Shown: one piece after another, positions 1 to 12,893 of the stretch
Layout of the letters: the number at the start of each line of letters is the position of its first letter
How positions within the stretch are numbered: position 1 is the first letter of the stretch
Source: Octopus vulgaris
Taxonomy: Eukaryota
Direction of reading: 5' to 3'
Length of the DNA: 64,000 bases
NCBI GenBank assembly: GCA_951406725.2
Contig: OX597816.1
Span: forward strand, 125,054,001 to 125,118,000
Program-made: the position numbers and the translations under genes
Notes under the pieces: generated by a model
What the model was told of the DNA's origin: nothing
What the model saw: the letters and a program-made list of their open reading frames with translations, nothing else
Databases searched by the model: none

Positions 1-78
1 GTATGTATGTATGTATATATGTATGTATGTGTATGTTCGTCCCTTCGTGTATTTCACGTTATTATATATGTAAAGGTT

Positions 79-116
<38 letters not shown>

Positions 117-875
117 ATATTGATATTGATATATAAATGTAAGATCCAGGACTGAGCTGTAGGAAGCAAGTGTGTTTCAAGCAATTCGTAGAAGATATCA
201 AAAAAGCAACTTTCAAGAACAATAGTGGTTTATTGGTGCGGAAGTTTATTAACTTTTTACAGTATCGAAGTACGATAAACCTGAAAATAATTATTTAAAT
301 TTCACGGTTGACAGCCAAGATTGCCAGGTATATGAATAAAGATCCAAAAGTTGAGAAATGGAGTAGATAAAATCCGGTCCACATAGTACATCGGAAATAG
401 TAAGTATCCAACCGAAGGGTATACTGTAGGCCAATCTCCAGGCCAAGAGTATCTTGATTATATTAAGTTTACTTTGTCATTAGCAGGCTTGTGTTAACAC
501 ACGGAGAATTCGATCAGAATGTGTAGAAAGCACAGTTTGAGTGAAGTATATAATTGTGAAGAGAATTTATGAATATGAGAGAAGGGAACAAAAAGAATAT
601 ATAAGGGAATGGGAGAGTTTATAAATAAAGAATTTAAGCGAGCTCGTTTCACATATGGTTTTTAATAGCGTCATTTTGGCTGGGTCAGAGAGAAAGGGAG
701 AGAGAGGAATAGGGAGTGATATTTGAATAGGATATTGTGAGGAAAAGGGGATTTATATGATTATATATTTTTATATATCCATATCTATACATATGTATGT
801 GTATGTGTGTACTTATATGTATGTGTGTGTGTGGGTGGGTGTGTACTTATAATACGAGGATATATATATATATAT

Positions 876-1215
876 CTTTTACTTGTTTCAGTCGTTCGAC
901 TAGTCATGCTATGGCACCACATTGAAGATTTTTTCTTACGAATCGGCCCCGGTATATTTTTTTTATTCTGGTACTCGTTCTATCAGTCTTGTTGCCCGAA
1001 CCTCTATGTTAGGAGGGCGTAAACAAACCAACAACGGTTTTCAAGAGGTGAGGGACAAACACAGGCACAAAGACACACACACACATACACACGTGAAGGT
1101 TTTTTGTTAGCACAAGGCTGTAGTAGAAAGTGCTATACAAAGTGTCACGCAGTAGGACTAAAAACGGAACCATACGTTTGGGAAGTTTCTTACCACACTA
1201 CCATGGCTGCGCCTA
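876..1215 (-). mobile_element. Degenerate tRNA-derived composite SINE with internal (CA)n tract
   Basis: Reverse-complement similarity to the copy at 14885-15250 (ttacttgtttcagtc... / ...ttcttaccacac); flanked by (TA)n. Confidence 0.65.
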
Positions 1216-1945
1216 TAGTATATAATTGTCAACGCACGTCTGTTTATACAACTGACGGAATTGCATGTAAAATTCCTCATTATATCGGACCAGTTCCTTC
1301 TTTGTAGAGATTCCTCTAACTGTAGGGAGAAGAAAATGTGGGGATATCAATATATACTGGGGCAGGGCGTGTGTACCACTTGTTTGGATTGCGTATTTTA
1401 ATACCGGGAACCTTATATTAAATGAAATAATTGAATTGATATAGTATTTAGTTGGTGACAGAGAGAAGCCTATATATTTGTATAGGGTCTTTTACCGACA
1501 TGACAATTTAGGAAGACATTTATATTATTGTGCTCTAATTGACAGTATGAATGAATAGTTAAATCGTATGGAAGGCAACACGTGCTAACGCAGTAAAAGT
1601 GAATCAAATAAAAAAGCTAAAACATCAAAGTAATTATAAACCATTTCATTGCAAATATTAGGCTTTGTGATATTCTACTTAAATATAATGTGAGGGCTTT
1701 CAATTAACGTTAACGGTTTATATAAATAACTATACGCAAAAATGAAAACTGATATAGCTATAACTACCAATGTATCTATTTATCTGTCTGTCTGTATATA
1801 TATATATATATATATATACTTAGAATAACTTAGAATACATATATATATACATATATACATATACACACACACGTGCATGTCTATGTATAATATTATATAT
1901 ATATATATATGTATGTATACGTATTTACATATATATATATGTGTG

Positions 1946-2013
<68 letters not shown>

Positions 2014-2022
2014 GCATATATA

Positions 2023-2141
2023 CGAGGGTATATGAAAAGTTTTGAGTCTTCAAAGTCTTTCAGCCTTGGAGTCTTGTACCTTCATCAGAAGTCTTTTACT
2101 ATGTTTTGTCTTTTTATGCTCAAGATTTTTATACATCTCCC

Positions 2142-2142
<1 letters not shown>
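2023..2142. mobile_element. Short mariner-type MITE remnant
   Basis: Begins TA|CGAGGGTATATGAAAAG and ends with an imperfect inverted copy (...tttatacatctcccg); embedded in (TA)n. Confidence 0.5.
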
Positions 2143-2216
<74 letters not shown>

Positions 2217-2290
2217 TATAGTATGTGACCTCGTCTGTATCACTAGCGATTTTTTTCCTCTGTCTTCCCTTCCGGGGATATTTCCTTCTC

Positions 2291-2330
2291 CTATGTTTCC
2301 GACGAAGAGCTCCGCTCGAAACGTCATACC
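2291..2330 (+). ncRNA. Minimal hammerhead-ribozyme-like motif (variant core) in a (TA)n-flanked short repeat
   Basis: gttt-CCGACGA-a-GAGC-tcc-GCTC-GAAA-cg-TC-atac: core with U4C change, 4-bp stem II, GAAA, palindromic ACGT, GUC triplet. Confidence 0.5.
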
Positions 2331-2427
2331 CTCCTTCTTCCATTCTTTCCTGAGCGTTCAATAATACTTTATTTGTTCCACGTCCTTGCGTTGTTGTCTT
2401 TTTGTTTTCTTGTTTGGATTAACTTTG

Positions 2428-2458
<31 letters not shown>

Positions 2459-3859
2459 TTGGCCCTTGGTGAAGACGGGATTCGCTACCGCTGTCCTCTT
2501 TTGAGTTTCCTGCTTTCATATTTGTTTATCTGAGATCTTTGAAAGCAGAGATCAAGTTATTTCCTGAAAACATGTACTCCCACTCCGTAGAGATCCCTCA
2601 GATGCCTTGAGAAGACGTTAAATAGCCGCGGGCCCTTGAACCCCAAGATATTGCAGTACATGATTCTCGCCTTAGATAAAGCAGCTGAGATTTTGGAACA
2701 GTGGAGTGATATCCAATGATATGTACTTATATATGAATGTACATAAACGTTTGGGAACGCAAATGGAACACAAATACCCGACAGACGTCAGAATCGTTGC
2801 CGTAGCTTCAGTCTAAAATAATGACTACCTAATACAGACTTTTATTACGCCTCTCTCACAAATTATTAATCTCTACTGTTTACAAACACAAGAGTAAAAT
2901 TAGAATATTCATTCCAATAATGAATGTGTTTATCTTTAAATTAATTAAAACTAACTGGATAGATTTATTTATCGGGTATGTAAGATTTGTGTCTAAAATT
3001 CAATCACATTTTGAAGCATATATATGCATCAATATATACTTACATAACCTTTTATGTCTACACGTACTGATATTCTTAGATACATGCAAACACACACACA
3101 CACACACATAATTCATATATGAACAAATACACACGCACATAAATTGTTATACACATATTTTTTTATACAATAACGGTTTTTACGCTCTGAGTTCAGATCC
3201 CGTCTAGGTCGATTTTGCTTTTCATCATTCTAGGGTAAAAAGGATATAATATTGCACTACTTCCGATGATGTTTTACTGAATACCTCATATCGCTAGAAG
3301 TTCAATCAATCAATTGATTATATTTATCGGCACGAGTAAATAGTAGCATTGTATATAATATAAAAACGTCACAATATCTAATTACATCTCCTTTATAAAT
3401 TGTTGCTTTGTCTCTAGTTAAAAATCTGTTAAGTGTGCACACCAAAACCAAGTGATAAAAGCTTAGATATCTGAAACAATAATTGGGTATCGATTGTGAT
3501 TTATGGCTACATAGTTATTCACTTCATTAGTGCTGATGTTGCTTTTGTGATAACAAACAAATGTCACATATTTTATCTCACAAATAGCAGGCGTTGTGAG
3601 TACGTAACAAACTATGAATTATTTAAGGAGGGGTAATTCACTATCGAGATAAAGTTGCCCCCTTTTTAAAAATATTTCATTCAATGACGTAAACTGCACA
3701 CTTACGAAAGGATTACGATCATGAAATGTTTTTATATAATATTTGCAATTAATTCATTGTAGAGACAACGAATTAATTACAAATATTACATAAAACATTT
3801 CACAGTTGTAACCTTGAATGTGTCATTCTCTCTGTCTCTCCCTCTCCCTCTCTATCTCT

Positions 3860-3910
<51 letters not shown>

Positions 3911-4252
3911 ATGGGGTTTAGTTCACAGGTGATCTAAACGATTATATACGCTAGGTAAGTGCTATAACGGATTACTAGGGCTCCAAGAGAGAGAGAGAGA
4001 GAAACAGAGGATGACAGACATATATATATATATATATAAATTAAGGAGAGGAGGATATGGAATTAAATCTTTATTGGGTGCAACATAAGTTTCGACACAT
4101 CTGTCTGGATTTCCTCAGGTACATCATTTAAGATGTGTCTCACAACGAAATTTTAATGCCGGCAGACTAATATATATCCTAACCTGATGGACGTACAACA
4201 ACAAATCAGCCGACCATAAAAGTTTTGATGATACACATGTTTATTAATGAAC

Positions 4253-4290
4253 CTGATGAGACCCAGTTTGCTGGGTCGAAATGTATGTTG
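4253..4290 (+). ncRNA. Hammerhead-ribozyme-like core
   Basis: CTGATGA-GACCCAG-tttg-CTGGGTC-GAAA: canonical core boxes around a perfect 7-bp stem II; stems I/III not clearly resolved. Confidence 0.55.
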
Positions 4291-4498
4291 TATCCAATAA
4301 AGATTTAATACTAAATCCATCTCCAGTTAATTTATATTATTACTCTCACCCCCACTACAGAGTTCCTGAAGCAGATCCAACAGAAGTGTACCACGACTGC
4401 GGATGACAACAGATTGCCTAAACTGTGCCGGTGCCCCACCCAACATTTAAACACACTAATCGACTTATACTTATTTTTGAAAATTATTTATTTACTTA

Positions 4499-4554
<56 letters not shown>

Positions 4555-4629
4555 CATCATCATCATCATCATGATTATATATATATATTTACTAATAGTT
4601 ATTTTTACTATGCCTCTACATCTTATTGA

Positions 4630-7005
4630 AATTCCTCAATAATTCTCTCTTCTTTTTTTTTCTGTGACAGTCCCACTTTCTGATGTTTAATATCGCTTTC
4701 TTCCAACCAGTTCGTCTAGCGTGCCATAAATGTCACCCCTCCCTCTCCTCCCACTGCTCGTTTCCTTTCAATCTTATCGGTCTTTACTAAACTCTCCAGG
4801 CCCTATTTCCTCATCAGTTGACCAAGAAATCTCAGTTGTTTGGCCCTTATCTCATGAAGCAGCTTCCTATTTACCGTAACCCCGGGTACCACTTCATGCA
4901 ATCTTAAATATTCTCCTAAAGAACATTTCACAACTTCCATTCCTGATGTTATAGAGTATGCCTCTCTTCCATATATTAACACAAGGTAGACATAGCAGTT
5001 CAATATACGGATATTGGCATTGATGCTTAGCGTACAGTTTTTAAGATGTTATACAGTTTTGAGAATGTAGATTTTGCCAGCATTATTCGTGATTTGATCT
5101 TCGCATATCTTGTATTTCCCGTGATCAAACTTTAAGGTTGTTGACGTATGATGTCTATTTAATCGTTTGATTGTTCACGTTCTGCGTGCATTTCGAGTTT
5201 CCCTCCCTTGTTACTACTATAGATTTCATCTTGCAATTTACGAACAAGCCTTTCCTCTCACTTTCTCTGACTACTACACCCAGGAGTCTCTGAAATTCCT
5301 TTTCCGATTCTGCAAATAAAACTGTCATCTGCATATTTTATGTTTGTGATGTTTTTACCTCTACTCTAAGACTTTTACCTTCGCCAGTTTTCTAATGATC
5401 AATTCACTATAGTAATTGAAGAGATGTAGTGACATAGCACATCTTTGTCTAACTCCTAGTTTATTCACTGCATTCCTCATCTCCCTTTATACACGCTGGT
5501 TTGTTCCAATACGGGCTCTGCAAAATTCGGAGGTCTTCCCATGCAGCGAATCACGGTTGCTATGTTCTTCGAACAACATGCGATGGCTTATTTTATCTAA
5601 GACCTTTGTGTAATTTACGAAACACAAGAAGACGTCTTTTTGCGTCTCAATCATCCGCTCTGTAAATCATTCTCAACACCAAAATAGCATTCTTAATATC
5701 AACAGCCTTTACAGAACTAAACTGTTTAATTCCCGAAGGAGTAACATTTTCAGAATGATCTTTGTAATGTAACTCATGAGACTAATTAGGCGTTGCTTAG
5801 TCAAAGTCCACCTCTTCCGATTTCTTCGGGAATGCAATTAAGATGGATTTACTCAGATCTTCTGGATATTTCCCATTATTATAGATCTCGTTTATTACAT
5901 CTGTCACTTCTCTAATAACATATTCCATTAGAGATTTTATCATATCAATGACAATTCCGTTTTACTCAGCAACTTTGTATTATTCTCATCATTTTGGTGG
6001 CTGCCTGTACTCCAGAAGGCAGAAGTTTGAAACCTCATTAAAGTCATGAACACAAGACAAGGTTCCACTCTCATGAGTGGAATGTAATATATATACCTCT
6101 TATATACCCTGTCCATCCATTCTAAATCTTAATTTTTTCTCAATCAGCATGGTAAAATCCTTCGCTCTGGAGTTTGAGCATCACGACCTTCTGCCAGAGA
6201 TCTCATTTATCTTCTGATGTCCCTTGTATGCAACCGGAAATTGCCTTTCAATTTCTTCACACTGTCTATTCAAGCATATATTTTAACCACCCTACACTTC
6301 CGTTTAATCAGTCTTTCCAGCGCCCTACACCCTTTGGATTTCCTGTTCTTGATCTATCATCTACTCATCATTGAAAGGATCTCTTCGATCATTCATTACT
6401 TTTTGATTGTATTCACTTTATTTGGCAGGATTTCCTGGGCCGTTTCTACTTAAGCATTTCTCATAACTTCACAGGCAATCTCCGCGCCATTATCAGTCAG
6501 TTAATTATATCTGTTCTCTACATTATGGAATACTCCAGCTACACCTCTGAATTATTCAACTGCTCAATACCAAGTTTCTTCGTAGTTCTTGCTATCTTTG
6601 ATTTCTTTACTTTACATTGGAGTGTGAATACGACTGGTACATTGTAGCGCTCACAGTCTGCTCCTGGATATGTGTTTGCGTGGTGTTTCACAGAACTTTT
6701 AAATCTGTCATTGATGAAGATATAAAGACTCCGGATTCTCAAACTGTCACTTGGGCCCTTCCATGAGTTAATTCTTCTTTGGATCTCCTTAAACCAAGTG
6801 TTCGCAATAATCATATTATTTGCCTCACGCCACGCATCCTCTGCGTGTTGTAAAAGACGACTGAAATCGGAACTAATGCAGCAAACTGCTGTTAGCAGCA
6901 AAAGAACCATCAGAGTTCGAATCTGGAATGTAAGAACTTTATATCAAGATGGCAAGGTTAAAAACGTTAAGCAAGTGACGATGAAACTAAACATCAACAT
7001 AAAAT
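4630..7005 (-). mobile_element. Degenerate RTE-clade LINE (APE endonuclease + RT remnants)
   Basis: Minus ORF 6539-6910 has IIANTWFKE...WKGP...IFINDRFK..TYPGADC (RTE endonuclease C-terminal part); KYADD-like RT motif near 5325-5345; ORF 4803-5003 has RTE-like C-terminal 'QLRFLGQLMRK'. Many stops/frameshifts. Confidence 0.8.
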
Positions 7006-7009
7006 AAGA

Positions 7010-7666
7010 CGACCTTCGAGCTGCAATTTCATATTGTGGAAGAGATGGAAGTCCGTAGGTGCTAAATTTGGTAAATAGGGCGATTGCAGAAGCTACACCA
7101 TATTGTTTCTTCGCGAGAAACTCAAAAGTGAGGAAAGCTCGATGACAGGTTGCATTGTCGTCCTGAAGAATTCTGACGTTAGGCTTGCCAACAGGGACCC
7201 ATATGACAGATCAACAACGTCAGCAATATCATTGATTGACCTCCGACGATCCTCATGCTCAAGCTGATGAATTTTCTTCACATTTCCGGGGGTGACGTTC
7301 TTGGTTGCTCTTCCAGATCGCGCATCGTCAAGGGACATTCTTCCGCTTCTGAAGCACCCGTGCCACACGAAACATTGCGTACGACCCATTACCTCGTCGC
7401 CGTAAGTTTGCCGAAGCATGCTCAATGTTTCAGTAACAGACTTCCCAATTTTAACGCAAAATTTCACATTGGCACTTTGTTCTTGCTTTGAAAAGATCGC
7501 AGACTAGTGCATGCACGTGATTACTAAAAAAGCAAAATAAATATGTCACTTGGCACACCGCTTATGAAGGTCACTGCTAGTTTTTTATTGCACACGCAGC
7601 GTGTGCTGCCACCTATTGTATTGGAGCGCAAAAAAATTAGTCTGGAAGTGTTTTGATAACAGCTCA
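7010..7666 (-). mobile_element. Internally deleted mariner transposon remnant
   Basis: ORF 7093-7467 MKFCVKIGKSVTETLSMLRQTYGDE...RSGR is a mariner transposase HTH region; PYxPNLAP-like coding remnant near 7060-7085. Confidence 0.8.
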
Positions 7667-8361
7667 TACTTATTGCTTTGTCATCTTAATTTCTTAATAT
7701 TTGCAATTATCTAAATAACGTAAAGAATAAACTGGCTGCAAAATAGGTATACTACCAGTAAGGAATAGAATTTTGAGTATTTCTTTGCTATGTTTATAAA
7801 CGACAATTGAATGTAAATCCCAATCAAATTATTGATGTTTATGCATTCACTTATTTGTATTTAAATTTTGTGATAGCAACTGTATATAATTACCGACAAA
7901 ATACGCTGTTGTAAGATTATTACTCTAAAGAGCCCAAACTTACGAAGGTTTCAGCGTAACAGAATGAAGTTGAATATGAATATTCATGGTTGGAAATTAT
8001 ATGATGGATGTAGTGTTAACAACATACAATTAATTTTGACAGATACAATAAGTTAATAAAATGAATACGATCGGAAACACATGCTGACATTTCTTAATTA
8101 TATCTTATTCCGCAAAGTAACTTTGAAAGAGATTTAACATGTTTGAAAACTATGTGCATAATTTACCATACGATTTATTGTTGAATTGAAGCACTGGTGT
8201 AATTTTTTTACATTGTTTGCAAATATACCCTCCTTGAGCGACCTATGTATATGTATACACACACACACATACACACACATATATATGCTTATATACATAC
8301 ATATACATACACGTGTGGGTTCATACATATATATATACATATGCGTGTGTGTGTGTATATT

Positions 8362-8398
<37 letters not shown>

Positions 8399-8439
8399 CT
8401 GAAATTATATGTATATATATATATGTGTGTGTGTGTATG

Positions 8440-8489
<50 letters not shown>

Positions 8490-8490
8490 G

Positions 8491-8770
8491 AAAAATGAGG
8501 TAATCAGATCGGATGGTTCACATTTATAGATATTTATTTATATATTACATTTTTTACACATATATCATATCATTCAGATCATATCATTCGGATTAGCGCT
8601 TTCTCCCAATCGAGTGGGCTTTTCAAAAATGGATTTGAAAAGCCCACTCGATTGGGAGAAAGCGCTAATCCGAATGATATGATCTGAATGATATGATATA
8701 TGTGTAAAAAATGTAATATATAAATAAATATCTATAAATGTGAACCATCCGATCTGATTACCTCATTTTT
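8491..8770. repeat. Perfect long inverted repeat (137-bp arms, 6-nt spacer)
   Basis: 8491-8627 is the exact reverse complement of 8634-8770; spacer aatgga. Confidence 0.95.
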
Positions 8771-9745
8771 TCTAATATATAATACCTGTACGTCATCTCC
8801 AAACCTTCCAATATATATATATATATATATATGCAAATAGATAACAAGGATGTTTAGGTATCAATGCATTACGGCCGTTTCATGCGGATCCATTTAATTG
8901 ATCAATGAAAATATTACATCAGTTTGAAAGAAACCGCTCTCCTTAGTAGCAGGTGACCATATAGATTTCCAACATAAAGGATAAAGCATTTTCGCATATG
9001 TAGCAAATTTATATCAATACTAGCCAACAAAACAATTTCATTGCTTCCTTATCTTATATTTGTGGCCGAATGAATTCAAAGAAAAATGAATATCTATTTA
9101 GCCCTACGATAATTTAGAGAATAGCAGTGGAAAATAGTGGGAGACAAGATATAAGAGTGGTGAGAAAGTTATTTAAAACACTTTTTTATAAGATTTTATG
9201 CAGCATATAAAATTTAATTTTAGCATTTAAAAACATTTAAAATTAAATCCATAGGAAGCTGTCAGCTATGTTCCAGTTGACAGTGATAACTTAATTTATA
9301 CCAGACAACTTCGCAGACTCTTATTTTACTGGGACCATATATCTAGCTTCATCCACATAAAAGGATGTCTTAGAGCTGCTAGTGAGAAAATGACTGATGG
9401 GGAAGATGTGATAACAAAAAGAAGGAAAAATGGGGGTGGTCAGTCCTTATTTAGATTATCAAATAAAAGGGGAATATAGGGCAAAACAAAAGAAATAAAA
9501 ATAAGCTCTAAGGGCGGGAATTAGAAATGAGGGTTATGTGATGTAATTCATAAATTACCAAATTTATTATATTAAATTTACAAAAGAATTATAGATCAAT
9601 ATGTAGGATGGGGTACCTTAATATATAAGAGAATGTTCATAAGGTCTTTTCTTAAGCATATTGTTAAGGTGGTCATGATAAAACCATTACACAATGAATT
9701 TATGAATTAATTAATTTATCATCTGGTTAGGAGTACATAATATAT

Positions 9746-10002
9746 ATGTATGCACCCATTTAATGTCTAGCCAGGCTCATGGGCCCGTTTACCCGGTTTC
9801 AACGGTGTATGTGTTCCCAAGCTGGACTGGGACGCCAGTCCTTCGCAGCGTTACTCATTTTGCCAGCTGAGTGGACTGGAGCAACGTGAAATGAAGTGTT
9901 TTGCTCAAGAACACAACGCGTCTCCCGTTCCTGGAATCGAAACCACAATCTTACGATCATGATGCTGACACCCTAACCACTATGCCACGCGCCACCACTG
10001 AA
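9746..10002 (-). mobile_element. tRNA-derived SINE with target-site duplication
   Basis: Minus head ggcgcgTGGCATAGTGGttagg...GTTTCGATTCC (Pol III A/B-box-like); flanking direct repeat taggagtacata(a/g)tatat at 9728-9745 and 10003-10020. Confidence 0.85.
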
Positions 10003-10538
10003 TAGGAGTACATAGTATATATTAAATCAAAACAGGGATTATCCTCATTACATGTGCATAAGTATAAGATATTGAAAATATGGAATCGAATGTAAGGGAT
10101 AATTAAATTAGAGCTATATCAAATGTATAATAGAGTACAATAGCTAAAAATATATATATATTGTGTGTGTGTATAATGGACCCGAAGTTGCTCGCAAGCA
10201 GCAGCAGTGATTTTCTTCAGCTGAATGCTCGTCTTTGATTCGTAAAGATTACCCAAATACGACAACTTTAACACGAAAGAACTTCTAAAATACAAAATAT
10301 TGCCAAAAAGTAAACCCTGTTCTATGTGACACATTCTACCAGTTTTCGAGGTTTCAAAATGTTTAGTTTTAAAAAATAATTAAAAAATCTGGCCGTCTTA
10401 TTGAATAGATCCAATATTAAGATAATTTTCTATTTTTCTCAACATGGAACCAATGGTACCTACAATTTACAAATAAAGAAATTTTCTCCACTAATTTTCT
10501 CATTTTCATCGTGTGACATTTATGTACACACATGCACG

Positions 10539-10589
<51 letters not shown>

Positions 10590-11814
10590 GTATATCAGTA
10601 AATGAGGTGATACAGAAATAAGCGATTATTTTATAAAATATTTTACCTTACCTCTGTTTTGCGATGGGATCCAGTGAGCTTATATTTGAGTGTCTGAGTA
10701 ACACCTTATAACTCAATTGGACACTCAAATATGAAATGAAACTTATGTAGAAATTATTACATTTATTCATATACGTAGGAAAAAGGATTCCGAATGAGAA
10801 AACAAACAAGTGTATAGGGGATGAAATATATTAGATATATATATGTATGTGTATATATATATATGTGTGTGTGTGTGTATGTGTGTGGGGGGTGTATTAC
10901 TTTTAGCTGCAACTATTGATCATTAAATCTATTCTTCAAATAAAAATAACGATAACCCCACCGCATTTTCCCCTTCCCTTCATAAAGCTCCCCCTTTATT
11001 TACACTCACTACAACTATATATTAAACCACCATTATATTCCCATTATTTTCCACATTAATTCCATATTGTCGTTTATATACTCCTCTCTTTATCGTTCCT
11101 AACCATTTATAATTTTTTTCTGTTACTTCACCTGCCTACCCCTCTTACCTCCCTTTGTAGACTTAGAAGTTCATACGCCCATATAAACCTCTGCTACTTC
11201 ATACTGTAAACACGCTTGCCATACGCAATAATATACATTCCTTAATTGAAAGTTAGTAGTAGTCGTCACAATTCTTCCCCATTTTCTCTTGAATTCCATT
11301 TCTAATACTACCCTTCTCTTCATTGATACTTTTTCTCCCTCTTCACAATTATTTCCCCATCCCCTTCCCTCCACATAATCTTTCTTTCAAACACTTCCTT
11401 TACTAATCACTGTGATTCGGCTAAAATAGTGCTCTTCAATACTACCGGTTAAATGACCTTACTTAAATTCCTCTTTTTTCTCACTCCCTTATGTTTTTAT
11501 TTCTTCTATCTTTCATTCATAATTTCTCTCTATATTTATATTCTCCACACCTGCTACACTCTCTCCCCCCCTCTCTCTCTCTCTCTCTCTCCACACACTC
11601 ACACACACACACGCACACACATATATAGACAGCCATGTGCAATTTCTTGTCATAAAGAAAAGCTATAATTATCACTAAATAACAGTAGGGTGTTTGAACA
11701 TCAACATTGCTAGAAATAAGAGTTAGAAAGCTCTGTTGTAGTTGTTAAAGCACATAATGGTATACATATGTACTAACAGGGACTGCAATCGCCCGAAAGC
11801 ACCTTTTGAAAATT

Positions 11815-11865
11815 CCCTATACTGATCGGTCAGTTTCGGTTAATTTCGTGGCCTCATTAGTAGGG
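11815..11865 (-). ncRNA. Type I hammerhead-ribozyme-like structure (G5A variant)
   Basis: Minus: CCCTA-ctaatga-GGcca cgaaat taaCC-gaaa-CTGA ccga TCAG-ta-TAGGG; stems I and III perfect, GUA triplet. Confidence 0.7.
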
Positions 11866-12052
11866 GCCGCTGAATCCAGAGAGAGTGGTGTCCTCTAATT
11901 ACAAATTGTGCATCCACCTTCTTTTTGCTCGTGCTAGCTTTCTTATTTGTAAATCGTATTGATTGTGTTCTCAGGCGCACAAGATCGTTATCAAGGCCTG
12001 TTATCAAAACTTGCCTAGACTAGATCGTAGTAGCTCGTAACTGTATACTCTG

Positions 12053-12085
<33 letters not shown>

Positions 12086-12249
12086 AGGGAGAGAATTCCA
12101 TCTTTAATTGTTGAGTTCACCAAACAAAGACAACGATCGTTTCTGTTGTATCAACATATTTAGATACTGATAGTAATCATTCAAATTAATATATCTGAAA
12201 ACAAAAATGTTAAGACAATGTGTTAACATGTATTTTACCAAACCTCTAA

Positions 12250-12553
12250 GTTACAGGGACGTAAAGACACCAACACCTATGTCCAAGCAATGGTGAGCGA
12301 GAAACATTGACACAAATGCACGCACGCACAGACATAGACACAGACAAACAAACACACACACATACACACACACATATATATATGTACATATACATGTATC
12401 GAACGCATGCATATTGTATGTGCTTTTTAGTTTGCGGGTCGACTGCGAATACACCACATGCGCTGCTTCTAATTCATATCTGGATATGTGTGTGTTTGGC
12501 TGCGCATGTATGTATGAATGTATATATTTGTATATACATATTATATATATTTA

Positions 12554-12640
<87 letters not shown>

Positions 12641-12802
12641 TCAAGCGTGAAAGCTTGGTAAAAAGCTTGTTTTCCAACCACATGATTCTGGGTTCAGTCC
12701 CAATGCGTGTCAATTTGAGCAAGTGCATTTTACCATATAGCTTCGATCTGACCGAAGCCTTGTGAGTGGGTTTGTTGGACGGAAGCTGAAAGAAGCTTGT
12801 CA
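12250..12802. mobile_element. Two fragments of the composite SINE family in opposite orientation separated by microsatellites
   Basis: 12250-12350 matches the 1000-1080 segment; 12645-12802 (aaagcttgtttcc aaccacatg...gggttcagtccca) matches the head of 14885-15000. Confidence 0.6.
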
Positions 12803-12893
12803 TATATATATATATGTGTGTATGTATGTATGTATGTATGTATGTATGTATGTATGTATGTATGTATGTATGTATAAACATAAATATATAACT

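Noticed and set aside
9930-9995. tRNA-like sequence on the minus strand
   Set aside because: It is the head of a SINE with body, tail and TSD; no complete cloverleaf or acceptor stem.
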